Source of the DNA: Prevotella sp.
GTDB lineage: Bacteria; Bacteroidota; Bacteroidia; Bacteroidales; Bacteroidaceae
Assembly (NCBI GenBank): GCA_022771625.1
Contig: JALFCW010000057.1
Span: 7,119 to 71,118 of the forward strand
DNA length: 64,000 nt
Direction: 5' to 3'
How positions within the stretch are numbered: position 1 is the first letter of the stretch; each line of letters begins with the position of its first letter. The translations under genes were made by a program, and so were the position numbers. The notes beneath the pieces are model-generated. The model saw only the letters and a program-made list of their open reading frames with translations. It searched no databases and was not told where the DNA came from. Shown one piece after another: positions 17,668-24,846 of this stretch.

Positions 17668-17743
17668 TGGGCAAGACAGTGTTGTCTTTGGAGCAAGTAA
17701 ATGAAGAAAGAATCCTTTACAACTAAAGGAATGAATACAATGC

Positions 17744-17900
17744 AAGCGTAACCGTAACCCGTAACTGACATTGAAAATCAGTTTTCAGATGTATGTATTT
17801 TATATATTAATATTAATTTAATTAATTACTATATATAAGTACATACGCGAACGTTTGCACAAGGAAAATCAATGTCAGTTACGGGTTACGGTTACGCTTA
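17744..17900. repeat. 157-bp element: perfect 31-bp inverted repeats flanking a 95-bp AT-rich core (MITE-like, inverton-like or long hairpin)
   Basis: The left arm AAGCGTAACCGTAACCCGTAACTGACATTGA (17744-17774) is the exact reverse complement of 17870-17900. Weaker symmetry extends outside the arms (AGGAATGA / TCATTCCT). A nested GTATGTA / TACATAC pair lies in the core. Confidence 0.8.
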
Positions 17901-17918
17901 CTCATTCCTCTTGGAGGT

Positions 17919-17958
17919 CATAAGTTAAGACTGACATTGATCATAAGTTAAGACTGAG
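17919..17958. repeat. direct repeat of the 17-mer TCATAAGTTAAGACTGA (two copies, 23-nt period)
   Basis: Read directly. The spacer CTGACATTGA repeats the inner end of the 31-bp inverted repeat, which suggests remnants of related elements. Confidence 0.7.
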
Positions 17959-18008
17959 GAAGGACATTTTGTTAGTATGCAGAAACTCGTTTGGTAGCTC
18001 TTATAAGA

Positions 18009-18054
18009 TATGTTGCCAGTTAGCAAAAGAGCATTTGCTAACTGGCAACATATA
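18009..18054. terminator. perfect 20-bp stem / 6-nt loop hairpin, candidate bidirectional terminator (about 70 nt downstream of the truA stop)
   Basis: ATATGTTGCCAGTTAGCAAA agagca TTTGCTAACTGGCAACATAT. It lies between the convergent EamA (+) and truA (-) genes. There is no clear U-tract. Confidence 0.45.
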
Positions 18055-18123
18055 ACAACGACGGTGATATTGACATAACAAGAATGGTCATCCACTCAAC
18101 AACACCTCAAATAGTCGTATAAA

Positions 18124-18852
18124 TCAATATTCTATCTTCTCAAGAAACAACGCATTGCCTGGCATCGACTCTCCTGCACCAGTGCGCTTCCCCTCTTCAA
18201 TCACTCGCCTGAATCCCTCAAGCGTCAGTCGTCCACGTCCCACGTCCACCAACGTGCCGACAACAGCTCTTACCATATTGCGCAGAAACCTGTTGGCTGT
18301 AATCTCGAAATACCAACTCGTGTCGTCCACTTGATGCCAACGTGCGGCAGTGACATGACAGATGGTTGTCTTGGCATCTGAGTTACTCTTACAGAACGCT
18401 CCGAAGTCATCGTATTCCATGAGTATCTCAGCCGCCTTGTTCATCATGTCGAAGTCGAGAGCGTAGGGAGTCCGATATGAGTAATGCCTCAAAAAGGGGT
18501 TCTTCTCCGTATGTATGAAGTAATGATAAGTTCGGTTCTTAGCCGAGAATCTTGCGTGCATGTCGTCGCTCACTCTCTCCATTTTTCTTATGGCGATGGT
18601 GGGCGGCATGATGCGGTTGAGCCTATAAGCCGTCTGAGGGCAATCGAGCTGAAGGTCGCAGTCGAAGTGAGCCACCATTGTCCTTGCGTGCACTCCCGTG
18701 TCGGTTCGGCCTGCCCCCACCACCTCAATGTCCTTCCTTAGAATCGTTGACAATCCCTTCTGCAGCACCTCCTGCACGGAAATGCCGTTGGGTTGTATCT
18801 GCCATCCATGAAATGGCGTGCCGTCATAACTTAGTGTGATGAAATATCTCAT
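18124..18852 (-). CDS. truA: tRNA pseudouridine(38-40) synthase
   Basis: 242 aa. YDGTPFHGWQIQPN and the catalytic-Asp motif GAGRTDTGVHA are typical of TruA. Confidence 0.92.
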   Translation of the reverse strand: MRYFITLSYDGTPFHGWQIQPNGISVQEVLQKGLSTILRKDIEVVGAGRTDTGVHARTMVAHFDCDLQLDCPQTAYRLNRIMPPTIAIRKMERVSDDMHARFSAKNRTYHYFIHTEKNPFLRHYSYRTPYALDFDMMNKAAEILMEYDDFGAFCKSNSDAKTTICHVTAARWHQVDDTSWYFEITANRFLRNMVRAVVGTLVDVGRGRLTLEGFRRVIEEGKRTGAGESMPGNALFLEKIEY

Positions 18853-18871
18853 TGTCTTGTCTTTTGTGCTG

Positions 18872-18879
18872 CAAAGATA
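18872..18879 (-). promoter_or_regulatory. candidate -7 promoter box (TAtcTTTG on the minus strand) for truA
   Basis: Plus strand CAAAGATA, about 20 nt upstream of the truA ATG at 18852. Confidence 0.35.
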
Positions 18880-18973
18880 ATGTTTTTTGTTGAAATATCA
18901 AAGTAAAACTATACATTTTTCTAATCGTACGAAAAAATTAACAAAATAATTTGGTGGTTTTAAAATAAAATCT

Positions 18974-18981
18974 TATCTTTG
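18974..18981 (+). promoter_or_regulatory. candidate -7 promoter box (TAtcTTTG) for yjbQ
   Basis: TTATCTTTGCAG lies about 67 nt upstream of the ATG at 19048. Confidence 0.35.
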
Positions 18982-19047
18982 CAGAAATTTTAAAATATGT
19001 GATACCTATTCCACATCAAAGAATTATCGGATTTATTTAGGAAGAAT

Positions 19048-19461
19048 ATGATACAACAAAAGGAATTTACACTATCGGCCAAACGCAGAGGCTGCCACCT
19101 CGTGACACAGGAGATAATGGCCAATCTGCCCAAGCCACTGCCTAAGGCAGGACTGCTCAACCTCTTCGTCAAGCATACGTCGTGCGCCCTCAGTATTAAT
19201 GAGAATGCCGACCCCGACGTGCGTTCGGACATGGAGAAGATAATGAACCATATAGTGCGCGAAAACGAGCCTTATTATGACCATGTGCTCGAAGGGGCTG
19301 ACGATATGCCGGCACATGCCAAGAGTTCGCTCTTCGGGGTGAGTGTCACCATACCCATTACCGATGGCCGACTGAACCTCGGCACTTGGCAAGGCATCTA
19401 TCTATTTGAATTCCGCGACTATGGTGGAGCGCGAAGGATAGTGGCTACGATATATGAATAA
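19048..19461 (+). CDS. yjbQ: YjbQ/UPF0047-family protein (secondary thiamine-phosphate synthase type)
   Basis: 137 aa. HTSCALSINENADPDVRSDME and PAHAKSSL match the YjbQ family pattern. Confidence 0.85.
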   Translation: MIQQKEFTLSAKRRGCHLVTQEIMANLPKPLPKAGLLNLFVKHTSCALSINENADPDVRSDMEKIMNHIVRENEPYYDHVLEGADDMPAHAKSSLFGVSVTIPITDGRLNLGTWQGIYLFEFRDYGGARRIVATIYE

Positions 19462-19514
19462 CGATAATAAAAGTTGTTAATTCAGCACATTCTTGTGTTA
19501 AATGTCGCTAAATC

Positions 19515-19524
19515 GGGGGGGGGG
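19515..19524. repeat. homopolymeric G10 tract immediately upstream of the island promoter
   Basis: Read directly as aatcGGGGGGGGGGttagg. It ends 25 nt before the -7 box at 19550, next to the expected -33 position. Confidence 0.85.
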
Positions 19525-19549
19525 TTAGGTAAATATCATATTTTTTATA

Positions 19550-19557
19550 TATCTTTG
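19550..19557 (+). promoter_or_regulatory. candidate -7 promoter box (TAtcTTTG) for the fimbrial island
   Basis: TATCTTTGCACCC lies 29 nt upstream of the ATG at 19586. The ABC-F promoter box has the same TTTGCACCC extension. Confidence 0.45.
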
Positions 19558-19585
19558 CACCCAAATTATAAGCGATTATTTAACA

Positions 19586-21004
19586 ATGAGAATCAGGGTA
19601 GTAACAATATCGATAATATTTCTATTGTCAACCATAAATTCAATGGTTGCGATGAATATTGAAGACAACGGTGGATATAAACCGCTGCCTGAATACTCTT
19701 TTGTATATATCAGTGAGGATGAAAATGCCACATTGCCTGATGTCTCCGACTCCCTGTTCAATGCCAACGCCCAAGGCATACGGTTTGCGGTCAATCGCAC
19801 TGAGTTGCGTGCCGACGAGCCGTTTATTGCCACTTTCAACAATCATATTCTCCCATTGTTGCGCGACAAGAAACTGGTGCTCAGGCGAATAATGGTGAGA
19901 GGAGCGGCATCACCCGAAGGTCCCTACGCCAACAACTGCCGACTTGGCAAGGAGCGCACCCAGAGGCTTATCGAGTATATTGGCAGTAAGCTCGACAACG
20001 ACTTCGACCCTCGGAATATCCAAAGCAGCAATATCTGTGAGGATTACGACTATCTTATTCATCTGATGACTCTCGCCTCCGACCCTGAGACAAACAACGT
20101 GAAAAAGATATGGCAGGAGGCCAAAGGCAATGAGCAGCAATGCAAACTGCGACTGCAACGGCTGAATGGAGGCAAGACATGGCTACGGCTTAAGCAGAAA
20201 TACTTCCCTTCCCTACGTCAAGCAAGAGTGATGATTTGGTTCGGGCGCAAACCAATGCCCATAACAACAGAACCCATAATACAACAGGACACGATAACAA
20301 CAGATACATTAATAACGGAATACTTAACGGCAACACCGGCAGACACTATTGCATTAACGCCAACAGAGATTCCTATTACTACAACGAAGTCCCCCAGGAT
20401 TCCACTTATAGCAGTGCGCACCAATCTTGTGCACGACTTCTTCTATATGCCCAATTTCGGTTTTGCCCCCGGAGGAAACATCCAACTGGAATATTTCCCC
20501 CGCAAGGGACATCTCACTTATAATATTGGATTCACATTCTCCAACCATCGCCACTGGCAGGACTATAAGTTCTTCCAGATACGCGACCTTCAACTTGAAA
20601 TGCGTCGCTACTTCCGCAGTGGCCATCCCTATCGTGGAGCCTTCCTCGGAGTGTATGCCCACGGATTTGCCTATGGCATCGGATTCAACGCTCACCGCGG
20701 ATGGGAAGGCGAAGGCGGAGGAGCAGGCCTTTCGGGTGGCTACACGATGAAGCTCAACAGCAGTGGTTCGTTGCGTTTGGAACTCACAGCCGCCTTGGGA
20801 TTCCTGCTCACGAAGTACGACCCATATATCTATGGCAATCCCATCACCGGCGAGCTCGACGGCAAGTATTACTATGACTATCTCGGCAATGCCAGCCAGT
20901 TTAAGAAGCGCAACCACCAATTCACATGGTTTGGTCCAACCAACTTGGGCGTGCAGCTCACCTACGACATTATTTACCGTAAAAGGAAAGGAGGCTCGCT
21001 ATGA
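19586..21004 (+). CDS. DUF3575-like outer-membrane protein (OmpA-like segment, Thr/Pro-rich linker, beta-barrel-like C-terminal domain)
   Basis: 472 aa. Signal-like N-terminus IIFLLSTINSMVA, then RIMVRGAASPEGPYANNCRLGKERTQRLIEYI and a linker PITTEPIIQQDTITTDTLITEYLTATPADTIALTPTEIPITTT. The C-terminal region is Gly/aromatic-rich (AVRTNLVHDFFYMPNFGFAPGGNIQLEYF ... NLGVQLTYDIIY). The family name is from memory, not from a search. Confidence 0.65.
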   Translation: MRIRVVTISIIFLLSTINSMVAMNIEDNGGYKPLPEYSFVYISEDENATLPDVSDSLFNANAQGIRFAVNRTELRADEPFIATFNNHILPLLRDKKLVLRRIMVRGAASPEGPYANNCRLGKERTQRLIEYIGSKLDNDFDPRNIQSSNICEDYDYLIHLMTLASDPETNNVKKIWQEAKGNEQQCKLRLQRLNGGKTWLRLKQKYFPSLRQARVMIWFGRKPMPITTEPIIQQDTITTDTLITEYLTATPADTIALTPTEIPITTTKSPRIPLIAVRTNLVHDFFYMPNFGFAPGGNIQLEYFPRKGHLTYNIGFTFSNHRHWQDYKFFQIRDLQLEMRRYFRSGHPYRGAFLGVYAHGFAYGIGFNAHRGWEGEGGGAGLSGGYTMKLNSSGSLRLELTAALGFLLTKYDPYIYGNPITGELDGKYYYDYLGNASQFKKRNHQFTWFGPTNLGVQLTYDIIYRKRKGGSL

Positions 21005-22173
21005 CGAATAAGATAAAAAGACTTGCACAAGCATTTAGCCTCATATCCGCCCTTGGCAGCGGGAGCCTTACTTCGTGTATCGAACCGCCATTGCATCTGC
21101 CGGCAGAGGAAGTGATAGTGGAAGTGCCCACCGTCATCACCGATATGGATGTGGTGTGGAGTGTGGATGTCAACTGGCAAGCCGACTGGCACTTTGGTTG
21201 GGATCTCACCGACATATCTATCTCGGGCGACATCGACTATCCCACACCTTCCAACTATGAGGTACGCAGATATTATATAGGCACAGAACCAGGAGGCGAG
21301 CATAAGAGCGATGGATATGATGCCTTCACAATCTTCGGCACCTCATTCCGCCGAAGCTACAACTTTGGATATTACGACATGCTGATGTGGAGCAATATCG
21401 ACTCACCCGAAGGCACTCAGGTGGTGATTATCGACGACTCAAAGCTCGACGAGGTGACCGCCTCGACCACAGTCACCCGTGGCTTCACCAAGACCGACTC
21501 CAAGGATGCTGTCACCGGTGTTTACAATCAGCCCGAGATATTCTATTCGGCCTACGAGCGAGACATCTATATATCCCGCAATATCGAGGATTACGACTAT
21601 TTCGATGAGGTGGAGAACGTGTGGGTGAAGCATATCGACGCCGAACTCATGCCATTGGTGTATATCTATCTCGTGCAGGTGGTGCTACACAACAACGACG
21701 GGCGCATAGTAGGAGCCACAGGCGATGCCGCACTGACTGCTATGGCGAGCGGCACCAACGTCAACACCGGTCATACCAACAACAGTCCGTGTATGGTGTA
21801 TTTCCCCATGCGTATGAAGCAAGGCATTGACTTCGAGGGAGAGAATGTGGATATCGTGGGCGGAAAGCTCACCACCTTCGGTCTCTGCGACATGGAGGGC
21901 TATCGCTCATATACCAAGGCGGAATACGCAGGCAGTCGCACCGACATCGACAATCATCTGTTGCTGACGCTAAAGTTCAGCAATGGCACTGAGAAGACCT
22001 TCAACTACACCGTCACCGACCAATGCCGAATGCAATGTCATGGCGGACTGATTACAATACATATAGATTGTCGCAACATCGACATTCCCGAAAAGGGAGA
22101 TGAAGGTGAAGGCAACATGTTTGTACCGACAGTTGAGGATTACGAACATATAGATTACGAAATTCCATTTTAA
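21001..22173 (+). CDS. lipoprotein, DUF5119 / FimB-Mfa2-like candidate pilus anchor
   Basis: 390 aa. ATGA start/stop overlap with the upstream gene. Lipobox LGSGSLTSC. NQPEIFYSAY and PLVYIYLVQV resemble the anchor-subunit family. No Arg-Ala processing site in the first 70 residues. Confidence 0.55.
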   Translation: MTNKIKRLAQAFSLISALGSGSLTSCIEPPLHLPAEEVIVEVPTVITDMDVVWSVDVNWQADWHFGWDLTDISISGDIDYPTPSNYEVRRYYIGTEPGGEHKSDGYDAFTIFGTSFRRSYNFGYYDMLMWSNIDSPEGTQVVIIDDSKLDEVTASTTVTRGFTKTDSKDAVTGVYNQPEIFYSAYERDIYISRNIEDYDYFDEVENVWVKHIDAELMPLVYIYLVQVVLHNNDGRIVGATGDAALTAMASGTNVNTGHTNNSPCMVYFPMRMKQGIDFEGENVDIVGGKLTTFGLCDMEGYRSYTKAEYAGSRTDIDNHLLLTLKFSNGTEKTFNYTVTDQCRMQCHGGLITIHIDCRNIDIPEKGDEGEGNMFVPTVEDYEHIDYEIPF

Positions 22174-22194
22174 AATAATAATAAAATTATCAAT

Positions 22195-23514
22195 ATGCGT
22201 AAACTACTATTAATTACGGCATGCTCTGCATTAATTGCATCATGCACCAACGACACAGAACTCAATGGTGGCAACAACTCCGAGAGCAAGCAGAATACCA
22301 TCGGATTTGAAGTGTTACACAGGAACAGTATTACAACTAAAGCTGGTAAATCCAATCTTCAGGAAGCAGGCCACTACAACTTTGGAGTGTTCGCATACAA
22401 GAACATCTCAAGCTCTTCGTCACAACAGGTGATGAACAATTATCTTGTTGGATATAAGGGGAATAACGTGGGATATAACCTTACAGATGCCAATCAGACA
22501 ACATTGTCTTCATCAAATTGGGCATACGAGAAACTTGGCTATTCGGAATATACCTATGATGGCTCTGAGAGATATTATAAGAAAGACGAAACATTCTATA
22601 TGTCAAACAATGCCAACCAATATCTTAAGTATTGGGACAAGTCATCTGAGAGCGTTGACTTCTATGCTTATGCTCCTTATATTAATGGAAATCAGACAGC
22701 TACATTTGCCACAGATACTAAGCAAATGACTATCGGGAATGATGGCATCAAGGATGGTTATGACGACAGGTCAAAGCATGAGTTTATGTATGCAAATACC
22801 ACTGTGGCTAAAGCAAACTATAACAAGGAAGTGCAGCTTGCCTTCAAGCGTATCAGTGCAAAGATGCAGATAAAGTTCTATGAGGATATCACTGGTTATG
22901 AGGTTCAGATACTCGACCTTAAGGAAGATAACACGTCCGGAGTATGTGCAGCTCCTGCCATTGCTCTTACAGGCGAAGGAACAACATATACCTACGGAAC
23001 ACTCTATCATTCAGCCGGTGCCACAATTGACTTCTCCAGTGCTACTCCTTCATTGTCATTAACAGGAAATACTAAGTTTTCTCGCGAATCAACAAATGGC
23101 GAGTGCTTAAGATTTAATGTTCCTACAGCCAATTCTATTGGTACAGATAAGAATAATGCCTCACCATCGTCAACCACATATTATCTCATTCCAATCAATC
23201 AGGACAACACTGGTTTGACATTCCACGTGACATATAAGCTCACGGCAGAGGACACTAAGGAGACCATCACCGTGCGCAATGCCACAGTGCATGTGCCATA
23301 TTCTGCATGCAATTGGACATCAAACAATTCATACACATACATCTTCAAGATTACGAAGAACTCAACGGGTACTACGGAATCTAATCCAACTATCGATCCC
23401 TCCGACCCGAACCCGAGTACAGATAAGGCCCTCTACCCTATTATCTTCGACGAGTGTACTATTGAGAATTGGACAGAGGTTGACTCTGAGCACAACATCA
23501 ACGACAATAATTGA
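22195..23514 (+). CDS. fimbrillin-family lipoprotein, single module
   Basis: 439 aa. Lipobox ALIASC, basic site ITTK(49)AG, family motif LAFKRISAKMQIKFYE and C-terminal IENWTEVDSE. Confidence 0.7.
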   Translation: MRKLLLITACSALIASCTNDTELNGGNNSESKQNTIGFEVLHRNSITTKAGKSNLQEAGHYNFGVFAYKNISSSSSQQVMNNYLVGYKGNNVGYNLTDANQTTLSSSNWAYEKLGYSEYTYDGSERYYKKDETFYMSNNANQYLKYWDKSSESVDFYAYAPYINGNQTATFATDTKQMTIGNDGIKDGYDDRSKHEFMYANTTVAKANYNKEVQLAFKRISAKMQIKFYEDITGYEVQILDLKEDNTSGVCAAPAIALTGEGTTYTYGTLYHSAGATIDFSSATPSLSLTGNTKFSRESTNGECLRFNVPTANSIGTDKNNASPSSTTYYLIPINQDNTGLTFHVTYKLTAEDTKETITVRNATVHVPYSACNWTSNNSYTYIFKITKNSTGTTESNPTIDPSDPNPSTDKALYPIIFDECTIENWTEVDSEHNINDNN

Positions 23515-23534
23515 TACGACCCATTATTTGGAGT

Positions 23535-24806
23535 ATGACTTTGAGCAAGTATAATATCTTCATACTATTGGCAATAATGTCATTGGTTTCTTGTTCCTCA
23601 GATAAGATTATCGAGGAGCAGGAACTGCCGATGTCCACCGACCCCATGCGCTTCGGTGTGCCATCAGTGGGAGATATTGTTCAGACAAAGACAGTCACAA
23701 GGGCAACAGCCGAAGAGTTGAAGTCGGGCTTTCTCGTGAGTGTCTACAAGAACCGGGGAACAGGCTCCCAACAGACGGTTATGAATCAATATGAAGCTAT
23801 CTATAAGCAAGACGATTGGTATCAGAACTCACAATGGGGTACGGTGGGCACAACTGCCGATGGCTTTTATCAGAATCAGTTGGAGAAATACTGGGACTAC
23901 TCAGCCTTCCCCTACGAGTTCTTTGCCATAGCTCCATGTCCAACTACTCAGGATAAAGTGATTGACGGTTTTGGAGTGACAGACACCAATCTGAAGATTA
24001 AGTCAAGCTTCACACATCAAACAGTGGTTGATGGAGCTGTAACCGCCTCACCATTCACAGGCGACAACAAAGAATATCTTGTTTCACAGGTGAAACGCTC
24101 ACGCAATACGTCATCTTCCGACAAGACCGATGATGTAGATATGCTTACAGGTCGCACCATCACCTCGGGCGGCACGCCCTCGGGAGCAGTGAAGTTGCCT
24201 TTTCATCATCTCACGTCCAAGGTGCGCTTTGCCATCTACACCACAGAGCATGTGGATCCTAAGCTCACTCTTCCCATCAAGAATGTCACTGTGAAGGCAA
24301 CATCTGCCGATGGCTTTGCAACAGGATATGAAGGCTATGAGTCAACGTATTCAGCTGGCAAGACGATGTTCGACAATGGACAATTTACTGGTATCACTCG
24401 CAAACAGCCATCTGAAGAAGTAATCCTCTTGAAGTTCTCAGGCCCAACGGCAGACAAGTTCACCGATGCCTATCTTGAGAAGCATGAATGGAAGAGCACT
24501 ACCGACCTCAATGCCTATTACTTTGAGTGTGAAGACGGATTGCTTCAGATGCCTCAGAAGGACGTCAAGCTCACTGTTTCGTTGGAGATTACGGGTTGGG
24601 GCGATGAAGATAAGTTTACTGACGTACCCCTCAAGATAATCAAGTCAGACGGCAATGAGGATGACCAGTTCACATGGCGTCCCAACTGTCTCTACACATA
24701 TTATATAGTCATCAGTCGTCTTTATCCCCACGGCATCACTTTCACAGCAACAGTAGCGCCATGGGAAGACGTCGAAGGCAATCTCTCGACAAATTTAGAA
24801 GAATAA
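23535..24806 (+). CDS. fimbrillin-family lipoprotein, single module
   Basis: The track ORF starts at a TTG at 23511. The ATG at 23535 gives MTLSKYNIFILLAIMSLVSC (lipobox). TVTR(56)AT, LPFHHLTSKVRFAIYT and C-terminal VAPWEDVEGN. Confidence 0.7.
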   Translation: MTLSKYNIFILLAIMSLVSCSSDKIIEEQELPMSTDPMRFGVPSVGDIVQTKTVTRATAEELKSGFLVSVYKNRGTGSQQTVMNQYEAIYKQDDWYQNSQWGTVGTTADGFYQNQLEKYWDYSAFPYEFFAIAPCPTTQDKVIDGFGVTDTNLKIKSSFTHQTVVDGAVTASPFTGDNKEYLVSQVKRSRNTSSSDKTDDVDMLTGRTITSGGTPSGAVKLPFHHLTSKVRFAIYTTEHVDPKLTLPIKNVTVKATSADGFATGYEGYESTYSAGKTMFDNGQFTGITRKQPSEEVILLKFSGPTADKFTDAYLEKHEWKSTTDLNAYYFECEDGLLQMPQKDVKLTVSLEITGWGDEDKFTDVPLKIIKSDGNEDDQFTWRPNCLYTYYIVISRLYPHGITFTATVAPWEDVEGNLSTNLEE

Positions 24807-24846
24807 ATCAAATAAATAACGATTAATCATTAAAAATCACGAAATT

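Noticed and set aside
17583-17771. 62-aa minus-strand ORF in the EamA-truA spacer
   Set aside because: It is built from the tandem 11-mer and inverted-repeat DNA, which explains the repeated SSFD peptide. There is no promoter box and no plausible protein features. It is most likely an artefact of the repeats.
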